From the NCBI GenBank assembly GCA_913020145.1, contig CAJWAI010000003.1, forward strand, positions 1,243 to 65,242: a stretch of DNA of 64,000 nucleotides, written 5' to 3'. The position numbers and the translations under genes were made by a program. Every line of letters starts with the position of its first letter. Within the stretch, counting starts at the first letter, position 1. The stretch comes from an uncultured Gammaproteobacteria bacterium (GTDB lineage Bacteria; Pseudomonadota; Gammaproteobacteria; Magnimaribacterales; TMED112). The notes below the pieces were generated by a model. That model was not told the DNA's origin. It saw only the letters and a list, made by a program, of their open reading frames with translations, and searched no databases. Below are positions 33,822 to 43,096 of the stretch, piece after piece.

Positions 33822-36662
33822 ATGAATATATTCAAATATTTACTTAGTCTGATTCTTTTGGTTTCAGTCTCTGGGTATACTTATGCTCAGGAGAGTGAGG
33901 AAGCCGAAGAAGCAGTTGAAGAAGTTGTTATCACTGGTTCACGTATTAAAAGGAAGTCTATCAATAGTTCTTCTGTAGTGACTACGATAACAAGAGATGA
34001 GATTGACGAGAGTCAAGCTCTTTTAACTGCTGATGTGTTAAGACTGTCTACCTATAACACTTTTGGATCATTTGATCCAACATCTGGTTCTAGTGCACAG
34101 TCAAACGCAACAGTCAACCTTAGAGGTCTTGGATCATCAAGAACTCTAGTACTTATGGATGGTAGAAGAATGCCTGGTTCACCTCATTTAGGTGGTGCTG
34201 GCGCAGCCAACATTAACATGATTCCATCAGTAGCTGTCGAAAGAATAGAAATTCTTGCTGACGGTGCATCATCTGTTTACGGATCTGATGCGATAGCTGG
34301 TGTTGTTAACGTTGTTACCAAAAAAGGATTCGATGGACTACAGTTTGAGTTCAGAGATGGAACTAGAGATCGTGATGATGGTAAAGAACAGTCATTATCA
34401 TTTGTTTATGGCGCAACCACAGATAAGGGTTACTTTACTCTTATGGCTGAGCATGACATGAGAGACGAAATCTATCTAAGAGATAGATGGTACTCTGCTG
34501 CTAGAGCAGACGACTTAAATGGTGATGGAGTTATCGACTTATATTCTGAAACATATGGATTAAGCTGGTACTCAAGAAACCTTGCTGACCCTGTAACTGG
34601 TAACATTCATGCTGCTGGTGTTAATGGTGATGCATGTCCTGGTTCTCCTGAAAATCCTGTTGATGGATTCTGGGGGCCAAACTTTGGTGGTGCTGCATTT
34701 GGACAAGGTCCAACAGAACAGCCATCATGGGGTGGTAACCCAATAGGTATCTGCGGATACGCTTGGGCGGACATTATGGTTCAAAACGCTGAGATTACTA
34801 GAGATACTGTAACAGGTAACTTTGAGTATGCTATAGCTGATAATCTGGACCTTTATTCAAGATTAAGTGTTGTTAGAAACCAATCAACTGGTAGATTCGC
34901 TCCGCCAGCTGCAAGATATCCTGGTCTTCTAGCTTCAGATCCTGCTAACCCATATGATGTGGCTGTTACTGGATACTGGAGATGGACTGAAATAGGAAAC
35001 AGAGGTTCAGACTTCACAGATGATGCTTGGGATTTTGTAACTCAATTAACTTATCAAATGAATGATAACGTTGAGCTTGCAACAAGCATGCAAGTAAACA
35101 ACTTCTATGGAGTTGATGTAGGAAGATACTTCCTTGATTACGCAGGCCTAGATTCAAACTTATACCAAGGGATTCCTTTTGGTTCTGAAGATGGAATCTA
35201 TGCTATGAGCGCAACAACTCTTGTAGAATATGGAAACGACTACAAAAAATATGATGTAACAGCTCAGGTTGATAACCTAATGGCTCTTCCTGGCGGAACT
35301 GTTTCGGCATTAGTAGGTTATGAGTATTTTGAAAATGAATATTCAGCAGACTATGACAAGCACTCCGAAGGTGGTCTAGTTGGTGGTTCAGCTGGTAACT
35401 CAGGTTCAGGTTATAGAGACGTAACTTCAATGTTTGGTGAAGTTTTACTTCCTGTAATGGATAACCTAGAAGTAACAGCTTCATTTAGAAATGATGAGTA
35501 CTCTGATGTTGGTGAATCAACATCATTTAAACTTGGTGCTCTTTATGTGCCTAGCTTTATACCTGGTACTACAATGAAGTTTAATGTTTCAGAAGGTTTT
35601 AGAGCTCCAACAATGGATACTCTTTATGCCGTTACAACATTCAGTGCTAACACAGCTTACGACTATAAAGTCTGTGCATCTGATGGTGTATCAACTGTAG
35701 ATTGTCCTTCAAGACAGATTTCAACATTAATTACTGCTAACCCAGATGTTGGTGCTGAAGATTCTGAAGGTATGACATTCAGTATTGATATGGACCTTGG
35801 TGCATTTACTCCTGTATTAGATGGTTTAACTGCTAGATTTGATACTTATTCAATCACAGTTAATAACGCTATTACAAGTGCTGGTACACAAAGTGTTATG
35901 TGGAATGACTACGTAGGCGGTACATTGCTTACTGATAACTACGAGTATTATGATTCTGCAGGAATTTCAGGCGATGGTACAGCCGCAGGTAATCCTGTTG
36001 GAACAGGCACAAGTGAAACCTGTCCAGCTGGCGCTACATATGTTAAGAGATTAGGTGTATACGACTCAGTATATGTCATCAGATCTTGTGCAAATGGTAG
36101 AGCAGATTACGTTGGAGCAAGTACTGTAAACGTTGGTGTAGTAGAAGTCACTGGTATGGATCTATTCTTAGATTATTCCATGGACGTTCCATCATGGGCA
36201 ATAGCTGGAGAAGGTACATTAAACTTCTTCATGGACTATTCAAATATGGAAGAATACATGACTGACGCTTTCGTAGGAAGTTCAAGAACGGTTAACAATG
36301 TTAACTTCTCAGGTACTCCACAAGAGAGATATAACTTGGGTGTAAACTACTCATTTGATAACTATTATGTATCTCTAATTATGAGAACTATTGGAGACTA
36401 TTACCTTGATTCAGAAGCCGAAACTATCGGTGGTGAGCTAACTGGTGGTATTGTTACTGCTGGTGATAAGCAAGATGTATATTCAACTATGGATTTACAG
36501 CTTGGTGCTGACCTTGGTTCAATGGGTAAAGTTACATTTGGTATCCTCAACTTGGATGATGAAGATCCTTTACCAGATAGCGGCAATAATTATGACGCTT
36601 ATCTAAGTCTTTATGACAATAGAGGTATGACTTCATATTTCAAATGGAAACTTAACTTTTAA
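33822..36662 (+). CDS. TonB-dependent receptor
   Basis: 946 aa. Signal peptide, acidic linker plus plug region EEVVITGSRIKR, IERIEILADGASSVYGSDAIAGVVNVVTKKG, C-terminal beta-barrel ending in F. Confidence 0.93.
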   Translation: MNIFKYLLSLILLVSVSGYTYAQESEEAEEAVEEVVITGSRIKRKSINSSSVVTTITRDEIDESQALLTADVLRLSTYNTFGSFDPTSGSSAQSNATVNLRGLGSSRTLVLMDGRRMPGSPHLGGAGAANINMIPSVAVERIEILADGASSVYGSDAIAGVVNVVTKKGFDGLQFEFRDGTRDRDDGKEQSLSFVYGATTDKGYFTLMAEHDMRDEIYLRDRWYSAARADDLNGDGVIDLYSETYGLSWYSRNLADPVTGNIHAAGVNGDACPGSPENPVDGFWGPNFGGAAFGQGPTEQPSWGGNPIGICGYAWADIMVQNAEITRDTVTGNFEYAIADNLDLYSRLSVVRNQSTGRFAPPAARYPGLLASDPANPYDVAVTGYWRWTEIGNRGSDFTDDAWDFVTQLTYQMNDNVELATSMQVNNFYGVDVGRYFLDYAGLDSNLYQGIPFGSEDGIYAMSATTLVEYGNDYKKYDVTAQVDNLMALPGGTVSALVGYEYFENEYSADYDKHSEGGLVGGSAGNSGSGYRDVTSMFGEVLLPVMDNLEVTASFRNDEYSDVGESTSFKLGALYVPSFIPGTTMKFNVSEGFRAPTMDTLYAVTTFSANTAYDYKVCASDGVSTVDCPSRQISTLITANPDVGAEDSEGMTFSIDMDLGAFTPVLDGLTARFDTYSITVNNAITSAGTQSVMWNDYVGGTLLTDNYEYYDSAGISGDGTAAGNPVGTGTSETCPAGATYVKRLGVYDSVYVIRSCANGRADYVGASTVNVGVVEVTGMDLFLDYSMDVPSWAIAGEGTLNFFMDYSNMEEYMTDAFVGSSRTVNNVNFSGTPQERYNLGVNYSFDNYYVSLIMRTIGDYYLDSEAETIGGELTGGIVTAGDKQDVYSTMDLQLGADLGSMGKVTFGILNLDDEDPLPDSGNNYDAYLSLYDNRGMTSYFKWKLNF

Positions 36663-36682
36663 TAGTTAACCTGAATATATTT

Positions 36683-36710
36683 AAGGGCTGCTTCGGCAGC
36701 CCTTTTTTTT
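36683..36710 (+). terminator. Rho-independent terminator after the TonB-dependent receptor
   Basis: AAGGGCTGC-TTCG-GCAGCCCTT followed by a T-run. The gloB stop codon (36709-11, minus strand) sits at the end of the T-tract. Confidence 0.9.
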
Positions 36711-37440
36711 AGAAGTTATCTTTTCTGATTCTTAGCTCTTTAAAACAATCTTCATCTTTTAAGCTTTTAATATCGTCAGGAACTGTTTCTAGAAGAAAAG
36801 GGTTTATTTTTCTTTCAATTTTTAATGTTGAAGGCAATGTAATTTGATTCATGGATCTTTTTTTTAATGTTTCTGTATATTTTTTTTTGATAAATTCACT
36901 ATTAATTTGAGATATAACAAATTCTAAATTAGAAAGTGTGTATTCATGCCCGCAATATATTTTAGTTTCATCTGGGAGTTGATTAATCTTCTGTATAGAA
37001 CCATGGAGCTGATCGTAAGTACCTTCAAAAAGCCTTCCACAACCAGCTGAGAACAAAGTATCCCCACAAAACAATACTTTAGTCTGCTTGTTATAAAATG
37101 CTATGTGATCAAGTGTATGTCCAGGTGTTTCGATTATTCTGAATTCATGCCCTAAAGTTTTGATAAGATCGTCTTCAACAAGAGCGGTATCTATTCCATC
37201 TATATTTTCGTTCTTAGGTCCATATACCTTTCCGGACATATATTTTTTTAGTTCTAACAAACCACCAGTATGATCATAGTGATGATGAGTAATTAAAATA
37301 TCTTTAAGTTTTAATTTTTTTTCTTCAAGAATGTCGAGTACCGGGTTTGAATCTCCTGGGTCGATGACTGTAATAGAGTCATCGATTTGAATTGCCCAAA
37401 TATAATTATCAGTAAATGCAGGTATATCAAAGATATTCAT
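36709..37440 (-). CDS. gloB: Hydroxyacylglutathione hydrolase (glyoxalase II)
   Basis: ITHHHYDHTGG metallo-beta-lactamase motif, TPGHTLDHI, CGHEYT. Confidence 0.92.
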   Translation of the reverse strand: MNIFDIPAFTDNYIWAIQIDDSITVIDPGDSNPVLDILEEKKLKLKDILITHHHYDHTGGLLELKKYMSGKVYGPKNENIDGIDTALVEDDLIKTLGHEFRIIETPGHTLDHIAFYNKQTKVLFCGDTLFSAGCGRLFEGTYDQLHGSIQKINQLPDETKIYCGHEYTLSNLEFVISQINSEFIKKKYTETLKKRSMNQITLPSTLKIERKINPFLLETVPDDIKSLKDEDCFKELRIRKDNF

Positions 37441-37459
37441 TACTTTATAATTAGATTAT

Positions 37460-37894
37460 ATGTCTATTAAAGTATATACAGATGGTGCTTGTAAAGGTAA
37501 CCCTGGACCAGGAGGATGGGGGGCTTTGATCATAGATGGACATTCTACAGAAGAGCTTTATGCTGGAAACCCAGACACAACAAACAATCAAATGGAAATG
37601 CAAGCGGCAATTGAGGCATTAAAACATTTAAAAGGAACTTCAGAGCTTATAGAGCTTTATACGGACTCGAATTATTTAAGACAAGGCATTACCGAATGGA
37701 TTGTAAATTGGAAATCAAATAATTGGCGAACAGCATCTAAAAAACCAGTAGCTAATAGAGACCTGTGGATGGAAATAGATGAACTATCAAATACTCTAAA
37801 TGTTGAGTGGCATTGGGTAAAAGGACATGATGGAGATCCAGGTAATGAAAGGGCCGATTATTTAGCTAATCTAGGAGCAGATAGTGTCAGTTAG
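37460..37894 (+). CDS. rnhA: Ribonuclease HI
   Basis: VYTDGACKGNPGPGGWG, TNNQMEMQAAIEAL, TDSNYL, WHWVKGHDGDPGNERAD. Confidence 0.95.
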   Translation: MSIKVYTDGACKGNPGPGGWGALIIDGHSTEELYAGNPDTTNNQMEMQAAIEALKHLKGTSELIELYTDSNYLRQGITEWIVNWKSNNWRTASKKPVANRDLWMEIDELSNTLNVEWHWVKGHDGDPGNERADYLANLGADSVS

Positions 37895-38582
37895 ATTAAT
37901 ATCCTTTGATACTGAGACTACAGGACTAGACTTCTCAACTGGTGATAGAGTTATTGAAATAGGTTGCGTAGAAATTTTAGGTAGAGAAAAGTCAGGTAAT
38001 GAATTTCAGAGCTATATAAATCCTGAAGGAAAAGATATAAGCAAAGAAGCACAAGAAATAACCAATATTTCACCAGAGCAACTTAGTGAGGCTCCTAAAT
38101 TTAAAGATATAGCTGATAAATTTATTGATTTTATAAAAGGTGCTGAGTTAGTTATACATAATGCAGAATTTGATATCGGGTTTATTAACAATGAATTAAA
38201 CAAGATTAAACATCAAGTTTCTGATATCAGAGACATTTGTACAGTATTTGATACTTTAGTTCATGCTAGAAAAGCTTTTCCTGGCCAAAGAAATAATTTA
38301 GATGCATTATCCAATAGATTGGGCATATCTGGTTACGACAGGACTCACCATGGAGCTTTACTCGATGCGCAAATACTTGCAGATACATATTTAAGTCTGA
38401 CAGGAGGCCAAGTAACATTTAATCTAGCTGAAAATATAACTAATTCAGATACAGAAGAGAATAAGTCGAAAAAAAGTAATTTACAGTTCATCAAATTCTC
38501 TAGCAATAATAAAGATGAATTAGAACATAATAAATTTACAAAAATCATGACAGAAAGAAGAGAAAAAGAGACTAATAGATGA
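37884..38582 (+). CDS. dnaQ: DNA polymerase III subunit epsilon (3'-5' proofreading exonuclease)
   Basis: ExoI FDTETTG, ExoII VIHNAEFDIGFIN, ExoIII HGALLDAQILADTYL. Confidence 0.93.
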   Translation: MSVRLISFDTETTGLDFSTGDRVIEIGCVEILGREKSGNEFQSYINPEGKDISKEAQEITNISPEQLSEAPKFKDIADKFIDFIKGAELVIHNAEFDIGFINNELNKIKHQVSDIRDICTVFDTLVHARKAFPGQRNNLDALSNRLGISGYDRTHHGALLDAQILADTYLSLTGGQVTFNLAENITNSDTEENKSKKSNLQFIKFSSNNKDELEHNKFTKIMTERREKETNR

Positions 38583-39871
38583 CAAAAAAAATTGTTACAA
38601 GGTTTGCTCCAAGCCCAACAGGCTATCTCCACATTGGTGGAGTAAGAACAGCACTTTTTAATTTCGTTTTTTCACGAAAAAATAATGGAACTTTTTTAGT
38701 TCGCATAGAAGACACAGATAAAGAAAGATCAGAAGAGCAATACATTACCGCTATCATGGATGGTTTAGATTGGGTTGGGCTCAATCCAGATCATGAGCCA
38801 ATAAAACAAAGTGATAGATTTAATATTTATAAAGATGAAGCTTTCAGACTGGTAGAAGAGGGTAAAGCATATAAGGATGATGGTGCAATAAGACTAAAGG
38901 TCAATAAAGAAGGCTCGACATTAGTTAAGGATTTAGTTTACGGAGATATTGAATTTCTCAATAAAGAATTGGACGATTTAGTAATTTTAAGAAGTGATAA
39001 TTCACCAACTTATCATTTTTGTAATGTAATAGATGACAATTTTCAGCAAGTAACGCACATAATTAGAGGAGAAGACCATTTGCCTAATACTCCGAAACAA
39101 ATCCAAATTGTAAATGCACTTAATTATCATGGTTTTGAGTATGCCCATTTACCACTAGTGCTTGGAGAGGATAAAAAGAGATTATCAAAAAGACATGCAG
39201 CCACAGATTTGATGTCTTATAAAGAAGAAGGTTATCTGCCTGAGGCTGTATTAAATATGTTGGCAAAATTAGGTTGGTCAAATACAGAAAAAGATATATT
39301 TACAATAAATGATTTAATTAAAATATTTGATGTAAGTGATATTCAAAGATCAGGAGCTGTATTCGACAAAGAAAGACTTAACTTTATTAATCAGAATCAT
39401 ATGGCAATGAAAACTGATGATGAATTAGTTAATCTACTTGGAATTTTTAATGAACAAAACGGATTCTCGCTGTCTGAACATCATGATCCTAAAAGGTTAG
39501 TGAGACTCTGTGTAGGAAGTGGCAATAATTTTTCGGAAATATCAAATTTTATAAAACCATTTATAATCGATTTTGAAGAATACAATAAAGCTGACTTTAA
39601 CAAACACCTCTTAGGAAGCGAAAACGTTCTAAATTATTTTAAAGAATCTATCCATTCAATAGATGATTGGAATGAAGCAAAATTTGAGGAGATTATTAAT
39701 TCTGCTATGAAAGATTTGGATCTACCAATGCCTAAAATTGGTCTACCTTTAAGAGTAGCTTTAGTTGGAAGAGCAAAATCTCCTCCTCTTAGCTCAACTA
39801 TTTATTTAATAGATAAAAATAAAATAGTTCAGAGATTAGATAAAGCGTTAAAGATTATTTCTGAACACTAA
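38579..39871 (+). CDS. gltX: Glutamate--tRNA ligase (short, 430 aa)
   Basis: RFAPSPTGYLHIGGVRTALFN (HIGH), IEDTD, RLSKRH (KMSKS). About 40 aa shorter than E. coli GltX as I recall it. Confidence 0.85.
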   Translation: MTKKIVTRFAPSPTGYLHIGGVRTALFNFVFSRKNNGTFLVRIEDTDKERSEEQYITAIMDGLDWVGLNPDHEPIKQSDRFNIYKDEAFRLVEEGKAYKDDGAIRLKVNKEGSTLVKDLVYGDIEFLNKELDDLVILRSDNSPTYHFCNVIDDNFQQVTHIIRGEDHLPNTPKQIQIVNALNYHGFEYAHLPLVLGEDKKRLSKRHAATDLMSYKEEGYLPEAVLNMLAKLGWSNTEKDIFTINDLIKIFDVSDIQRSGAVFDKERLNFINQNHMAMKTDDELVNLLGIFNEQNGFSLSEHHDPKRLVRLCVGSGNNFSEISNFIKPFIIDFEEYNKADFNKHLLGSENVLNYFKESIHSIDDWNEAKFEEIINSAMKDLDLPMPKIGLPLRVALVGRAKSPPLSSTIYLIDKNKIVQRLDKALKIISEH

Positions 39872-41555
39872 CTTTGGCATCTGGTCTACGCAAATCAGCA
39901 AAACCAAAATTAACACCATCTTTGATATGAATGCTTTGAGTGCTTCCCATAGTTTTTGATTCTTTTGGTTTGTGCCCATAGCTCTCGAGCATTCTTTTAG
40001 TATCGTTATTTAATGTTTTTTCTACTTGAAGGCTGTAATAAGGCCAATCTTGATGAATTCTAGGCATCATTGTTGCTAAGCCAATATCAAGGTCAAAATC
40101 TATCACATTTATTAGGACTTGTAGATTAATTGCTGGTATTTTAGAACCTCCAGGAGAGCCTGTAATGAGCTCTAAACTTCCATTTTCATCAAAAACCATT
40201 ACAGGACTCATTGTACTCATAGGTCGCTTAAAAGGCTCAAGTTTGTTTGCTTCTGATGTGCTTCTACTTATTGATTTTTCTAAGCCATAATTACTAGCAA
40301 AATTATTCATTTGGCTATTTGTCAGAATGCCTGTTCCTGGGATTGTAACCCCAGAACCAAATGAGTAACCCAAAGTATAAGTAACTGATACAGCATTTCC
40401 GCTATCATCAACTATTGAATAGTGAGTCGTATCTTCTGATTCTTTATATTTAGACTCAATTGATCTTGTAACTCTATTTATTCGATCTGAAGAAGTAGTT
40501 TTTTTGAAATCAATTTCTTTTGCCCTTCGATTGCCATTATCATTTGACAACATATCCTTCAAAGGCGCAGAATAAAATTTTGGATCACCAATAAATTTGG
40601 ATCTGTTTTGGTGACCATGTTTCAATGATTCAGCAAGAATATGTAAGTATTGTGCGCTATTTGGTTTTAGATCGCTGTAATCAAAGTTTTTCAAGATTTG
40701 TAAGGCAGTTAGAATAACAACACCACCACCACTTGGAGGGCCTTGAGCAAAAATAGATTTATCTCTGTATTCAATTGAAATTGGTTGAGTTATATTTGTT
40801 TTATATCTCTTCAAGTCAGACTTTCTTATTAAGCCTCCATTTTCTATCATGGCTTTTTCAATTTTGTCTGCAATTTCACCGTCATAAAAACCAGCTTTAC
40901 CTTCATCTCTTATTTTTATCAAGGTCTCAGCTAGATCCAATAATTTAATCTTGCCCCCAACTTTTAGGTTTTCATCTAGATATACTCTAGTTGACTCTTT
41001 ATCACGTGTAAGAGTCTTAGTATTTTGTATTGCACCATAAAGATCATTTGTAAGTGGAATGCCTTCAATACATAGATCAATAGTAGGTTGAATTAGATCT
41101 TTCATATCCATAGAACCATAGAGCTCATGAGCTGTAAAAAGACCATCTACAGTTCCAGGTACAGCTATAGCCTTATACCCTGATCTAGATAATGAGCTTT
41201 GATGCTCACCATCTTTTCTATAAACATCAGGTGTAGCAAGTTCAGGAGACATAGATCTAAAATCTAGACTTACAATAGTCTTATTTTCTGCATCATATAT
41301 GAGCATAAAACCACCACCACCTATATTTCCAGCTCTTGGTAGAGTTGCCGTTAATGCAAAGCCTACAGCAACAGCTGCATCTATCGCATTTCCTCCTTTG
41401 GATAGGATCTCTGCTCCTATATCTGAGGCAATATAATTTTGAGATACAACCATCCCTCTATCGGACACTGTAGGATGAAAAGGATGTGAGTACTCAAGAT
41501 ACTCTTGTGATCTTACAAAAAGTGATAAAAGTAGTAATACAGATAAACGCAACAT
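39855..41555 (-). CDS. ggt: Gamma-glutamyltransferase (periplasmic)
   Basis: 566 aa. Signal peptide MLRLSVLLLLSLFV, GGNAIDAAVA, autoprocessing nucleophile region EDTTHYSIVD, GSPGGSKI. Confidence 0.93.
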   Translation of the reverse strand: MLRLSVLLLLSLFVRSQEYLEYSHPFHPTVSDRGMVVSQNYIASDIGAEILSKGGNAIDAAVAVGFALTATLPRAGNIGGGGFMLIYDAENKTIVSLDFRSMSPELATPDVYRKDGEHQSSLSRSGYKAIAVPGTVDGLFTAHELYGSMDMKDLIQPTIDLCIEGIPLTNDLYGAIQNTKTLTRDKESTRVYLDENLKVGGKIKLLDLAETLIKIRDEGKAGFYDGEIADKIEKAMIENGGLIRKSDLKRYKTNITQPISIEYRDKSIFAQGPPSGGGVVILTALQILKNFDYSDLKPNSAQYLHILAESLKHGHQNRSKFIGDPKFYSAPLKDMLSNDNGNRRAKEIDFKKTTSSDRINRVTRSIESKYKESEDTTHYSIVDDSGNAVSVTYTLGYSFGSGVTIPGTGILTNSQMNNFASNYGLEKSISRSTSEANKLEPFKRPMSTMSPVMVFDENGSLELITGSPGGSKIPAINLQVLINVIDFDLDIGLATMMPRIHQDWPYYSLQVEKTLNNDTKRMLESYGHKPKESKTMGSTQSIHIKDGVNFGFADLRRPDAKVSVQK

Positions 41556-43048
41556 CAGAATATTAACGGAAGCACATAAATACAGAATACCGTAACAATT
41601 ACGATTCCTGCAATATTAAAATAGAGCCCAGCTCTCATCATCTGGCCGATACTAAATTTCTCTGAACCATATACTATTGCATTAGGAGGTGTGGCAACTG
41701 GCAACATAAAAGCACAACTTGAAGCTAGAGCTACTGGAATTGCAAGTTGTGCAATTAAGCTTAAGTCTTTAGAGCCATCTGGCATTAAGTTTTGTTCTGA
41801 TATTGCTAGAAGGATCATTATTGGAACAAAGGTCATTGTAGTAGCTTGATTACTGGTAAGTTCGGTAAGGAAAACAATTAACACAACGATTAATAAGATT
41901 AATAGCCCAGCATTTAAAGTTGGAATGGAATCTCCAATCCATTGTCCTAAACCAGAATCCATTATTGCGTTAGCCATAGATAGACCGCCACCAAAGAGAA
42001 TTAATATGCCCCAGGGTAATTTTGTTGTAGTACTCCATTCTATTAATCCTGAACCACTACTAGATCTGGTTATAAAAACAGCCAAAGCAGCAATTATGGC
42101 TATACCATAATCTGTTAGACCACTTAAGAAAGATAAATTGTCTAATAAGTCTCTAGTCATCCATGCTAAGGCAGTGAAACAAAATATTATGAGGACTCTT
42201 TTTTCATTAACACTTATTTTCCCTAGATCTGCATACATTTTGTTTAAGGATCTTTTTGTTTCATCAGTTGCACTGATATGGACAGGAAAGATTATATTAG
42301 TAAGTAGCCACCAACCAGCTAGCAGCATAACAAATGATATTGGCGCTGCTAAAAGCATCCACTTATAGAAGGATACTTGGACTTCTTGCTCTTGAATTAA
42401 ACTTATAACCACTATGTTTGGTCCGGTGCCAATAGGAGTTGCCATTCCGCCGATTGTTGCTGCATAAGCAATTCCTAACAACAAAGCAGTTTGAAAATTC
42501 GAGAAATCTTTATCTAAAGAAGTTGTTTTCTGTACAACACCAGCAATAGCCAGACCTATGGGCAGCAACATAAGGGTAGTTGAAGTATTCATAATCCACA
42601 TACTAATCAAAGCACTAACAAGCATAAAACCGCCTATTAAATATTTGGCATCTGTACCAATAGATAAGAGCATTCTTAAAGCAATCCTTTTATGAAGGTT
42701 TACCTTTTCTATAGCAAGAGCCAAAATAAAGCCACCTAAAAATAGAAATACATTAGGATGTGCATATGGAGATGCAACCTCTGCAAAAGCATTTTTCGCT
42801 GGGTTCGTTGAGTCAATGAACTCTAGCTCATATATTCCTAATAAAGGAAATAATACCAAAGGTATGAGAGCAGTAGCTGGTAGTGGTATTGCTTCTGTTG
42901 CCCACCAGCATGCCATTAATAATACAACACCTGCAACATGCCAAGCTTCACTTGATAGTTCTCCAGGAGGAGAGGTGAGTAGAGTAAAAAAGAAAAGAAT
43001 TAATCCAGAAACAAAACCTATAAATTTTGGACTAGAAATATTGCTCAT
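41555..43048 (-). CDS. DASS/SLC13-family sodium-coupled anion symporter
   Basis: 497 aa, polytopic. Two hairpin-type SNT/SNQ-like motifs (MNTSTTLMLLP, ELTSNQATT), typical of the divalent anion:Na+ symporter family. It overlaps the ggt start by 1 nt. Confidence 0.8.
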   Translation of the reverse strand: MSNISSPKFIGFVSGLILFFFTLLTSPPGELSSEAWHVAGVVLLMACWWATEAIPLPATALIPLVLFPLLGIYELEFIDSTNPAKNAFAEVASPYAHPNVFLFLGGFILALAIEKVNLHKRIALRMLLSIGTDAKYLIGGFMLVSALISMWIMNTSTTLMLLPIGLAIAGVVQKTTSLDKDFSNFQTALLLGIAYAATIGGMATPIGTGPNIVVISLIQEQEVQVSFYKWMLLAAPISFVMLLAGWWLLTNIIFPVHISATDETKRSLNKMYADLGKISVNEKRVLIIFCFTALAWMTRDLLDNLSFLSGLTDYGIAIIAALAVFITRSSSGSGLIEWSTTTKLPWGILILFGGGLSMANAIMDSGLGQWIGDSIPTLNAGLLILLIVVLIVFLTELTSNQATTMTFVPIMILLAISEQNLMPDGSKDLSLIAQLAIPVALASSCAFMLPVATPPNAIVYGSEKFSIGQMMRAGLYFNIAGIVIVTVFCIYVLPLIF

Positions 43049-43080
43049 AAAAAAAGGAGGCGCGAAATTAATCGCGCCTC
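43049..43080 (-). terminator. Intra-operon hairpin with T-run (attenuator or terminator) between the TonB receptor and the DASS symporter
   Basis: Minus strand GAGGCGCGA-TTAATT-TCGCGCCTC (9-bp stem, 43057-43080) followed by TTTTTTT that runs directly into the symporter ATG (43048). Confidence 0.75.
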
Positions 43081-43096
43081 AAACAAAAAACAAGAT